Source of the DNA: a virus
Lineage: Duplodnaviria; Caudoviricetes
DNA: 58,743 nucleotides
Direction: 5' to 3' (one strand)
Virus record (IMG/VR): IMGVR_UViG_3300011434_000345
Coordinates: 1 to 58,743 of that record
Positions 36,994 through 45,361 of the stretch are shown here, one piece after another. Position numbers and translations under genes: made by a program. The notes under the pieces are model-generated. The model did no database searches and was not told the origin of the DNA. It saw only the letters and a program-made list of their open reading frames with translations. Positions within the stretch are counted from its first letter, which is position 1. Each line of letters starts with the position of its first letter.

Positions 36994-37062
36994 GACGGCG
37001 TGTGCGGGGCTGGCTCGGGCGAAGCCCGCACACGCCAGCCCCGCGGGCCTAGCCCCGCCGTC
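36994..37062. terminator. Inverted-repeat cluster where the transfer arm and late arm converge
   Basis: ggcgtgtgcggg/cccgcacacgcc (36997-37036), alternative stem gcggggctggc/gccagccccgc, outer gacggcg/cgccgtc; no U-tract. Confidence 0.4.
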
Positions 37063-37063
37063 A

Positions 37064-37417
37064 TCACTCCAGCGTGTCATCGACGAGCGCACCGCTGGCC
37101 TGTGGGGGATGCTCAACCCGGCGTGCCAGGCTGAGCATCCGCAAGGCCATGGTATCCAGCCTGCCCTTGACGATGCGCATTTCATGCTCCAAGACCGCAA
37201 GCTGAATCGCACGCGGTTCTTGCCCCTTGCGCAACTCCTCAAAGAGGCTAAGCGTCTGCATCCGCCGATCACTCTCCTGCTGCAAGGCTGTGACATGGGC
37301 TTGGAGCCCCCAGGCCCACGTAGAGAGGGCCGAGACAACCGCAAAGAGCAGCGCCAGGAAATAGCGCTCCCACCGTTGCGCCTGCCTCTCGTTGTCCCCC
37401 CCGACATTGAGACTCAT
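37064..37417 (-). CDS. Membrane protein with coiled coil (holin/spanin-like position)
   Basis: One TM segment followed by heptads. Confidence 0.55.
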   Translation of the reverse strand: MSLNVGGDNERQAQRWERYFLALLFAVVSALSTWAWGLQAHVTALQQESDRRMQTLSLFEELRKGQEPRAIQLAVLEHEMRIVKGRLDTMALRMLSLARRVEHPPQASGALVDDTLE

Positions 37418-37435
37418 GGTATGCGCTCTGCCTGC

Positions 37436-38224
37436 CTAGACACTGCGGCTCCGCATGGCCGCGCCAATCGCCACAATCACCCCGATGAGCCCGACGAAGC
37501 CGCCGACAATCGCTACAATCAACATGGTCTGATCCGCGCCGTCTTTGAGTGCTGTGCGCTGCCCGAGGGAGAGCGACTCAATCCGGGTAATCCGGTCATT
37601 AATCGCAGACAGTTTGTCATCACTGACTTTGTTGGCGACGATCAACCGATCTTCGAGGGACTTGTTGCCGGTGCGAAACAATTCTGCCAACTGGTCAATT
37701 TGCTTGGTAAAGGCCCCCTCGCTTTTCTGCGCCGCCTGACTGCTGGCGGCATTCTGCTTCTCCACCGCCTCTTTGGCCGCCTGGAGCGCGGCATCTACGG
37801 CGGTCTTGCTATCGCGGGCCGTCTGCTCCACCCGCGTGTCGCGTTCCTTGAATTGGAGCTGGATGCCCTCAAATTGCAGTTCGATGCCCTTGAAGCGTTC
37901 GAAGAGGAGATCGCGCACACTGGCAATCTTGTTTTCCAGCTCGGCGGGGAAGCGGTCGGAGCGCACCTGCAACAGTTCGAGGGCTTTATCCATGCCCTCC
38001 AGCCGGGTATAAATCACATCTTTCAGGGCCACAATCGCTTCGCGGAGCGCCTGGCTCGTCAAGCGCGTCGGGTCGGGGACCGGGAGCCGCTCTATGGTCG
38101 GCAGCGCCTCGGCGTCCCGGAGCGTAGCAGTGCCCTGGCCAGCGCTCGGTCCTGGCAGCGCACAAAGCCCCAGGGCACAGGCGAGAAGCAGCCGGCCCAG
38201 CAGCGGCACACCCTTGCAGCGCAT
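37436..38224 (-). CDS. Exported coiled-coil protein with C-terminal TM helix
   Basis: Signal-peptide-like start, PVPDPTRLT, long helices, TMLIVAIVGGFVGLIGVIVAIG. Confidence 0.65.
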   Translation of the reverse strand: MRCKGVPLLGRLLLACALGLCALPGPSAGQGTATLRDAEALPTIERLPVPDPTRLTSQALREAIVALKDVIYTRLEGMDKALELLQVRSDRFPAELENKIASVRDLLFERFKGIELQFEGIQLQFKERDTRVEQTARDSKTAVDAALQAAKEAVEKQNAASSQAAQKSEGAFTKQIDQLAELFRTGNKSLEDRLIVANKVSDDKLSAINDRITRIESLSLGQRTALKDGADQTMLIVAIVGGFVGLIGVIVAIGAAMRSRSV

Positions 38225-38231
38225 AGCACCC

Positions 38232-38435
38232 TCACAGTGGCAGGCGAGCCGAAGGCGGAGGCGACGCCGGCCAGGCCGCATGCCCGGCATTCCCCGCAGC
38301 CACCGCGCCGGTCAACCCTGCCAGGAGCCAACTGGTCCCGGTGAGCGGGGTCGTCACAAGTTGCGTCATGAGGACGCCCGCCGCGCCCACGACAAACGCC
38401 CGCAGGACCACCATCCAGAAGCGAAAGGGCGGCAT
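38232..38435 (-). CDS. Putative holin (two TM helices)
   Basis: 67 aa, two hydrophobic segments, GGAAGG RBS. Confidence 0.45.
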   Translation of the reverse strand: MPPFRFWMVVLRAFVVGAAGVLMTQLVTTPLTGTSWLLAGLTGAVAAGNAGHAAWPASPPPSARLPL

Positions 38436-38438
38436 GCG

Positions 38439-38588
38439 TTACCACCTTCCTTCAAAAATGACCACCAGCGTCACAAGCACCACGGCGCAGCCCAGGGCCG
38501 TCAGGCCATAGCCATACTCATGCATCGCCCAATGAAAGAGGCCTGCGACCGCAGGCACGGCAATCAGGCCCAGCACCACGACATACAT
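38439..38588 (-). CDS. Small two-TM membrane protein
   Basis: 49 aa; similar layout to the adjacent DUF3309-like gene. Confidence 0.5.
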   Translation of the reverse strand: MYVVVLGLIAVPAVAGLFHWAMHEYGYGLTALGCAVVLVTLVVIFEGRW

Positions 38589-38595
38589 GGCAGCC

Positions 38596-38745
38596 TCACA
38601 AGCGGCCGCGAAAGAGCAGCACGACCACAATGAGCACCAGGACCAGGCCAATGCCGCTCGGCCCCCACCCATACGAGTGGTAGCCGAGCTGTGGGAGCCC
38701 GCCGAAGACCATCAGCAATAATAGGATTACAAGCACCAGATACAT
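38596..38745 (-). CDS. DUF3309-like small membrane protein
   Basis: LLLLMVFGGLP..GYHSYGWGPSGIGLVLVLIVVVLLFRGRL. Confidence 0.7.
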   Translation of the reverse strand: MYLVLVILLLLMVFGGLPQLGYHSYGWGPSGIGLVLVLIVVVLLFRGRL

Positions 38746-38755
38746 CGCACCCTCC

Positions 38756-39832
38756 TCACGGCTGTGCCTCCAGGGCCGCGACCCGCGCCGTGAGGGCGGC
38801 AATCTGTGCCCCCCGCGCCGTATTAAGCGCCACGAGCGCCTTCACGGCCCCGACCAGATAGGGGACGAGCTTGGAAAAGTCGATTTGTTGTGGGATGATT
38901 TCGCCCGCGGCGTCCACGGCGTCTGGGTCCCCGGTGACGGCCTCGGGGACCACCGCTGCCACCTCGGTGGACAGAAACCCGCGCCCCGGTGTCTGTTGCC
39001 GTTTCCACCGAAAGGCCACGGGCCGCAGTTGCGCAATCACCTGGAGCGGATTGTCCAGATCGACCACGGCCTCCTTCAGGCGCGGATCGGATGCGGTATT
39101 ATAGGCAGTGGCGCTGCCCGTCGTCGTGATACTGCCGATATACGTCAGGGCCGCATTGGTAAAGCCAATCGCAAACGTCCCCGCCGTATCCGAATGCGGC
39201 GTAATGGTGATGCCATTTTCCAGCGTCCGGGTATAGAAAATTTCCACTTTGGCGGCCGGGGGAGCCACGCCCAGCCCCAGCCGTCCCCCGATATACACAA
39301 AGCCTGTTCCGGTGGCCAGATCATACCCGGCGGTGGGCAGGGCCGTCCCGGCCGCCACCTGGGTCGCCCGGACCGTCCCGCCGGTGATCGCCACGGCTTC
39401 CGCATCCTGGAGGCTGAGCGGCGTGTTCGGGATCGTCGTTTGACTCACAGCGCTAATGATGCCCCCGGCGACCGTGACCTGACTGAGAATCAAGCCGCCT
39501 GCCGGATTCGCGGGCTTGGTGGGATTGCTGCGCCAGAGATAATGCGTGCCCGGCTGGCGCGTCCACGACGCCACGGCGGTGGACGTGTCGCGGTGCAGCG
39601 CGACCCAGAATTGCCCATCTGCACCACTGAGCGTGACGGGGGCCGCCGCCTGGGCCACATAGACCAGTTGCGTCCCGCTCAGCACATACCCGTGCGTGGC
39701 AAACGCCGCCAGCGTCAGGCTGGAGACCGGAACCGTCGGGAAGGTGCTGGAGAGGATACACGGCGCCTGGAGGTCGCCCAGGATGGCCTGGATCTCTGAG
39801 GCACTATCAGGGACCCCGTGCGTATTGGACAT
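38756..39832 (-). CDS. Tail fibre with C-terminal peptidase S74 chaperone domain
   Basis: TAYNTASDPRLKE...LRPV.F.WK...GF...EV..VVPEAVTG...IDFSKLVPYLV.AVK. Confidence 0.88.
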   Translation of the reverse strand: MSNTHGVPDSASEIQAILGDLQAPCILSSTFPTVPVSSLTLAAFATHGYVLSGTQLVYVAQAAAPVTLSGADGQFWVALHRDTSTAVASWTRQPGTHYLWRSNPTKPANPAGGLILSQVTVAGGIISAVSQTTIPNTPLSLQDAEAVAITGGTVRATQVAAGTALPTAGYDLATGTGFVYIGGRLGLGVAPPAAKVEIFYTRTLENGITITPHSDTAGTFAIGFTNAALTYIGSITTTGSATAYNTASDPRLKEAVVDLDNPLQVIAQLRPVAFRWKRQQTPGRGFLSTEVAAVVPEAVTGDPDAVDAAGEIIPQQIDFSKLVPYLVGAVKALVALNTARGAQIAALTARVAALEAQP

Positions 39833-39842
39833 AAGCCCCCTC

Positions 39843-42800
39843 CTACGGGCTGGTACTCAGCCCGGTCGGTTCATTGAGAAAGGTAATGGGACCCGTCGTG
39901 GTGGTACTCAGTCCGGTCGGGTCGTTCAGAAACGTAATCAGCCCGCCACCCCCCGTATTGGCGACCGTGACCGTGCGGGACGCGGAGGTGGTGCTATTGG
40001 TCGCCGCATCGCGGGCAATCGCGGTGAGCACATAGTCGCCATCCGCCACGAGGGTGGTATCCCACGTCACGGCATAGGGGGCAAAGGGATCTTGCGCGCC
40101 CAGGTTGCCGCCATCCACTTGAAACTGCACCCAGATGACCCCCACATTATCACTGGCGGTGGCGGTGACGCTGACCGCCCCCCCGCTGACGGTAGACAAA
40201 TGGGCAGGGGCGGTCAGGGCCACCGTGGGCGGCGTGGCATCCGTGACGGTCGTCTCATCAATTTGGAATGCGCCCCGATGCGGCGTGCTATCGGGATAAT
40301 AGCCGCCCGCCATGCCGGGCAGGGCGGCCCGCGCCACGCCGTTAATCGTCCACGTCTGGTCCAGGCGCAACGCGGAGTTGAGCGCCGCATGGCCCGCAGG
40401 CGGGAGGAGGACCTCGGTGAGGGGGGAGGCCCACATGGGATTCGTGCCGCCGCTGGCATTGTTGATATTGTTCCCGCTGGAGCCCCCGACCTGCCCCGAG
40501 CAGCCCCCGGAGCAATGGTTGTAGGCCCACATGCCCAGGTAGTTGTTGGTGCCCGGGTTCCCATTCAGGCCCACAGACGAGAGGTCCATTTGGGTCCCGG
40601 TGAGCACATTATTGACAAAGCGCACGTTGGGCATTTCCGTAGTCGAGGTCCCCCCATCCCCGCCCCCGAGATCGCCCGCCCAGCCTTTGCCGGTAAAGGT
40701 ATTGTGATAGATATACAGGGTGTTGGTACTCACCGCCCGTTGGATAAAACTGAAGTGGATATGCTTCGCCCCGTTGTTATCCTGGTGGAAATGGTTGCGG
40801 TAGATCCAGCCCGTCTTGCCGCTAAATTCCATGCGCTGGATCCGAATCAGGTGCGAGCCATCATAGAAGCGATTATGGGCAATCTCGAGTTGGGCGTATT
40901 CCGAGTAATAGAGACCCTCGGCGCTATGATGGGCAATATAGTTGTTGCGGATGATACTGCCGGTCCCGCCGCTCTCCAGGTTAATGCCGACGGTGCCGCC
41001 CTGAATGTCGTTGCCATCAATGATGACACTATTGGCCCCTTGCAACAGGATCCCGCCCGTTTTCTCACTGCCGCTATCGTCCACCTCGAACTTGTCATGA
41101 TGGTAGATATTCAGCTTGGCATCCCCATCCACCGCCCCGACACTCCAGTTGCCCCCCATGACCGGGTTCGCTGCATACCCAGCGGTGGACCCAATGAGCC
41201 GTGTTTGAATGGCGTTGTTGAGAATCTGATTGCCACTCCCGCCCTGGACCATCACTTGCTGATAGCCGTTGCGCAGCACGTTGTTGCGGATGATATTGTC
41301 ATTGGCACTATTGGTCAGGACAATCGCCTGAGTGCCGCCGCCAATCTCCATGTTCTCAATGATATTGTTGTCGCCGCCATCGATATGAAAGACGCCGCCC
41401 TGGGGCGCCGAGCGCATGGTCATGGTATTGGGATTTTCGCCCCCGCGAAAGCGCAGATAGACAAACCCGCCCGTCACACCAAAGGCCGCTTCCCAGCCAT
41501 CCCAATACACGCGACCCTGGCAGACCTGTCCGGTGGGAAAGGCCAGCACCGTGAGGCCGGTCCCGCATTCATCATCAATGTTCAGGCCCGCCATCATATT
41601 ATTGCTGTACTTGGGGATCGAGAGGCGCTGCGCCAACGCGGTCAGCGCGCCGGGGGTATAGCCCGGCACGGCCACGCGATAGACGCCACTCCCCTGGCTG
41701 GCCCAGCCCGTGAGGGCATCGGACCCGTCAATGATCGTTCCCGATTGCCCGGTCCACGTGAGCATATTCTTGGTAATCGTCACCCGCTGAAAATACTGCC
41801 CGGCGAGGACGATAATCGTACTGCCGGAGGCGGCGGCATCGTGGGCATGTTGGAGGGTGGCCCAGGCCGTCACGGGGCTGGTCCCGGTATTGGCGTCATT
41901 GCCCGTGGGTGAGACATAGAACGCGCCAGGGGCCGCACTATTGCTGACGGTCACGGACACCGACGCGGAGGTGGTCGTATTGCCCGCCGCATCCCGCGCC
42001 GTGGCCGTGAGGCTATGCGTGCCCTCCGCCACGAGGGTCGAGTTCCAGGCGAGGCCATAGGGGGCGCTGGTGTCTTCCGCGCCGAGGGTCGCGCCGTCCA
42101 GCTTAAATTGGACGCCCGCCACCCCAAGGTTATCACTGGCGGTCGCGGTCACCGCCACAGCGGCCCCGCCCACGGTCGCGCCTGGCGAGGGCGCGGTGAG
42201 GGCCACGGTGGGCGGCGTGGTATCGACAGAGGAGTTGGCAATGGTGATCGGCACCGCCGTGGAGGTGGTCAAGTTCCCTGACGTGTCGCGGGCCGTAGCG
42301 GTGAGGCTGTGACTCCCATCGGCAAACAGCGCGGAGTTAAAATCAAACGCATAGGGGGCGGTAAAGTCCTCGCCGCTCAGGTTCGCCCCATCAATCTTAA
42401 ACTGCACCCCGGCGACCCCCACATTATCACTGGCGGTGGCGGTGAGGATGAGCGAAATGCCACTAATCACGGCCCCGGACGTCGGGAAGGTCAGGGCCAC
42501 CGTGGGCGGCGTGACATCGCCCCCATTGGCCACCGTGACCGTGTGGGACGCGGACGTGGTGGTATTCCCGGCGGCATCCCGCGCCACCGCCGTGAGGCTA
42601 TGGGATCCATTGCCCACCAGCGTGGTATTCCAGTCAACCCCATACGGCACGGTGAGGTCTTCGGCGCCGAGGTTCGCGGCCCCGACCTTGAATTGGACGC
42701 CCACAACCCCCACATTATCATCCGCCGTCGCCGCGACCGGGACCGTCACGCCACTCACGGTGGCACTCTGGGCGGGAGCGGTCAGCGCCACGGTCGGGGG

Positions 42801-44105
42801 GATCGTATCGCTTCCCGCGTCAGTCCGGCACGCGGCGGGAATCGTCCCGAGCAGGCCTTCTACCGTCGTGGTGACATTCACCGCCGCATAGCCCGAGGCC
42901 GCCCGCGCATCCAGGATGCGCTGGTTCATGGGCCACGGCCACAGCCCGGTCGCGGTCAAATTCCCATTCGCGTCATAGCGGTAGCAGAGCCCCGGCAAGG
43001 CGGTAAAGATATTCACGCCCGCCGTCGCCGCCGCCAGGCTATTCCCCTCCCGGAAGCCCGGCAGCGTCCAGCCGGAGTCCCCGTTATTACTGCTCGGGGT
43101 CCCATTGTGGACCCCCAGGCAGTTCGTGCAGGTCGAGCCCGAGGGTTGCCCAGCACTGCCCCGGGAGAACTCAAAGGGCTTTTTACTACTGAACCCGCTG
43201 GGGACGTAGGCCAGGACATCTGTGAGGGCGAAGCCAGAGGCGCAGAAGCCTTTGACCAGGGCGGAGGGCGAGTAGGGAAAGCCAGGGGTCAGATAGGCGA
43301 AGAAGCCCTTGACCAGCGTCCCTTCGGCAGCAAAGTTGGGCTCGTCGCAATTGCGGGCGATCTCCATGATCGACTCCGCATTGCCGAGCTGCCCGAGTTC
43401 GCGCCAGGTGCCGAGGTTATTGTACCAGCGACTATTGCCCGTATTGTACGAGATGAGGAACGTATTGTTTGGCTGAGAGACCCCCTGGGGGTGGTCGTTC
43501 CATTCGCCCCAATTCCGAGCCCACCGCGTGCCCTGGACGTTCCCCGCCTGCGCGCCATCAAAAATTTTACGACTATTGATCCCCCAGCCCGCGCAATCTT
43601 CCACCACGTTGCGCAGCCCGGTGACGGCAAAAATATTGGAATCCGCCTGCCCACTGGTCCCATCCCAGCCAATGTTGCGCCGGAAAATGTTGTCCGACCC
43701 ACTGCTACGATACAGCGCTTCGCCGCCATTTTTGGCGTTGAGCCCTTCCACGACGAACCAATTATTCCCCCGCACCGAACTCATCCAGATGCCAAAATTC
43801 CCCTGCGCATTGATTTCGACTTGCCCCTCATTCACCGCGCGAATGGTGATGGGATTGCCCGCCGTGCCCGCCACGCCCGTGGGTGGCTCGATGCGATCGG
43901 TATACGCGCCATTGTTCAAGCACGCCACATGGCCGGGCGCGGCCAGTTGCCAGAACCGCGCAATGTTGCAGGGCGTCCCCACCGGACAGGACCCGCTGCC
44001 ACTCCCGCCTTGCGAGATCCAGTGGGTGCAGGTCGCCTGGGCGTGGACAAAGGTCGGCCACAGCAGACTGAGGACCAGAAGAAGCAGCAACGACACGGGG
44101 ACCAT
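39843..44105 (-). CDS. Large adhesin/tailspike-like protein: signal peptide, two beta-helix regions, four Ig-like (Big_7-type) repeats
   Basis: Four copies of D..PPTVALT.P...V.ATA.DNVGV.GVQF..DG..LG.ED...PY; FYVSPTGNDANTG..P..AW.TLQHA; N-rich IIRNN turns. Confidence 0.8.
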   Translation of the reverse strand: MVPVSLLLLLVLSLLWPTFVHAQATCTHWISQGGSGSGSCPVGTPCNIARFWQLAAPGHVACLNNGAYTDRIEPPTGVAGTAGNPITIRAVNEGQVEINAQGNFGIWMSSVRGNNWFVVEGLNAKNGGEALYRSSGSDNIFRRNIGWDGTSGQADSNIFAVTGLRNVVEDCAGWGINSRKIFDGAQAGNVQGTRWARNWGEWNDHPQGVSQPNNTFLISYNTGNSRWYNNLGTWRELGQLGNAESIMEIARNCDEPNFAAEGTLVKGFFAYLTPGFPYSPSALVKGFCASGFALTDVLAYVPSGFSSKKPFEFSRGSAGQPSGSTCTNCLGVHNGTPSSNNGDSGWTLPGFREGNSLAAATAGVNIFTALPGLCYRYDANGNLTATGLWPWPMNQRILDARAASGYAAVNVTTTVEGLLGTIPAACRTDAGSDTIPPTVALTAPAQSATVSGVTVPVAATADDNVGVVGVQFKVGAANLGAEDLTVPYGVDWNTTLVGNGSHSLTAVARDAAGNTTTSASHTVTVANGGDVTPPTVALTFPTSGAVISGISLILTATASDNVGVAGVQFKIDGANLSGEDFTAPYAFDFNSALFADGSHSLTATARDTSGNLTTSTAVPITIANSSVDTTPPTVALTAPSPGATVGGAAVAVTATASDNLGVAGVQFKLDGATLGAEDTSAPYGLAWNSTLVAEGTHSLTATARDAAGNTTTSASVSVTVSNSAAPGAFYVSPTGNDANTGTSPVTAWATLQHAHDAAASGSTIIVLAGQYFQRVTITKNMLTWTGQSGTIIDGSDALTGWASQGSGVYRVAVPGYTPGALTALAQRLSIPKYSNNMMAGLNIDDECGTGLTVLAFPTGQVCQGRVYWDGWEAAFGVTGGFVYLRFRGGENPNTMTMRSAPQGGVFHIDGGDNNIIENMEIGGGTQAIVLTNSANDNIIRNNVLRNGYQQVMVQGGSGNQILNNAIQTRLIGSTAGYAANPVMGGNWSVGAVDGDAKLNIYHHDKFEVDDSGSEKTGGILLQGANSVIIDGNDIQGGTVGINLESGGTGSIIRNNYIAHHSAEGLYYSEYAQLEIAHNRFYDGSHLIRIQRMEFSGKTGWIYRNHFHQDNNGAKHIHFSFIQRAVSTNTLYIYHNTFTGKGWAGDLGGGDGGTSTTEMPNVRFVNNVLTGTQMDLSSVGLNGNPGTNNYLGMWAYNHCSGGCSGQVGGSSGNNINNASGGTNPMWASPLTEVLLPPAGHAALNSALRLDQTWTINGVARAALPGMAGGYYPDSTPHRGAFQIDETTVTDATPPTVALTAPAHLSTVSGGAVSVTATASDNVGVIWVQFQVDGGNLGAQDPFAPYAVTWDTTLVADGDYVLTAIARDAATNSTTSASRTVTVANTGGGGLITFLNDPTGLSTTTTGPITFLNEPTGLSTSP

Positions 44106-44128
44106 ACGCACTCCTTTGCGAACAAAGA

Positions 44129-44809
44129 CTAGGGGACATCGGCAGCAAGACTCTCCCAATACACGGTCACGTGTAAATTGCCCGTCGCGTCGAACAAGCC
44201 CCCTTCCGCACTGATGAGCAACGTATACGCGACCTGCGCAATGGGCTGGGTATCACTGGTAAAATGTTGCTGCCCGGTCTGTGCCAGGGTCGTGAGGAAG
44301 GGTTGCCGTCCCCACCGATTTTCCAGCACGCCGTCGCCCAGGAGCAGGGCCGTCAAGCCGCCCGAGGTGCCAAACGCGGTCGTAATGGTACTGGTGACGC
44401 CCGTCACGCGGTACCCCAGGGGCGCTAAGCCCGTGAGGCTCAGCACGGCCGCACCCGGCACGGCGGCCATCGTGGCGTCGGTCGAGCCCCGCGTGAAGCC
44501 ATCGGGGGAGGGGATCAGGCCACTGGCAAAACTGAACTGGTCAACCTCCCAATACAGCTCGCCCACTTCATCATGCAGGCGCAGATGGTAAAAACCATTC
44601 AGGTAAATATCGGCGCTGCCCTGGTCGTCCAAAATAATCGGGTTTGGATGGGGGGTCAGCAAGCCCGGGTCATGATAGGCGGCTTTCGGCGTGGTCGTGT
44701 TGGCATCATAGGTAAAGAGCTGCCCCCCGATGGCCGGAAGCCCGTCAATGGTGGTCACGAAATGGGGCCACGGAAAAATGGTGACGACAGATAACGGGGT
44801 GATTGGCAT
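44129..44809 (-). CDS. Tail appendage protein with tailspike head-binding-like N-terminus
   Basis: G.P..GGQLFTY.A.TTTPK..Y.D.....HPNPIILD..G.A.IY. Confidence 0.7.
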   Translation of the reverse strand: MPITPLSVVTIFPWPHFVTTIDGLPAIGGQLFTYDANTTTPKAAYHDPGLLTPHPNPIILDDQGSADIYLNGFYHLRLHDEVGELYWEVDQFSFASGLIPSPDGFTRGSTDATMAAVPGAAVLSLTGLAPLGYRVTGVTSTITTAFGTSGGLTALLLGDGVLENRWGRQPFLTTLAQTGQQHFTSDTQPIAQVAYTLLISAEGGLFDATGNLHVTVYWESLAADVP

Positions 44810-44824
44810 AGTGTCTCGATCCTC

Positions 44825-45352
44825 TTACACGACATCCGCCTGGAGCCGCTCCCAGAACAGTGTGACATGAATCCGCCCCGCCAGATCCATCAACCCACCC
44901 TCGACTGCAATCTGGAGCCGATACCCACCCGCCCCGACAATCGGCTCGGTATCACTGTGCGCGTCCCGCTGGTTTGTGATGGCCCCCACGGTCAAGACCG
45001 GCTGACGGCCCCACCGATCCTCTAGCACCGGGTCCCCGAGCAGCAACGCCGTGAGGCCCCCGGAGGTCCCGAAGCTTTCGACGATGGTGGACGCTAACCC
45101 GCGCACGCGGTAGCCCTCCACCGCCAGGCCGATAATCGCTAACAGACTGCCGCCGGGAATAGCCGTCAACGTCGCCGTGGAAACGCCGCCCGTGAAGCCC
45201 GACACGGGCACCACAATGAGGAGGCCCAGCGGGCGCGCGAACCACCAGAGCACCTGCTGGAGATGGCCCTGCGCAAGCGGCGTGGCCGCAGGGTGCGGTA
45301 ACGGGTAGTGCAGCGACGAGGCGACCCCGTTTCTGCCTGGGAGGTTCGGCAT
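44825..45352 (-). CDS. Paralog of the C-terminal domain of 44129-44809
   Basis: Shared GYRV.G..STI...FGTSGGLTALLLGD.VLE.RWGRQP.LT. Confidence 0.65.
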   Translation of the reverse strand: MPNLPGRNGVASSLHYPLPHPAATPLAQGHLQQVLWWFARPLGLLIVVPVSGFTGGVSTATLTAIPGGSLLAIIGLAVEGYRVRGLASTIVESFGTSGGLTALLLGDPVLEDRWGRQPVLTVGAITNQRDAHSDTEPIVGAGGYRLQIAVEGGLMDLAGRIHVTLFWERLQADVV

Positions 45353-45361
45353 CTATGCCCC

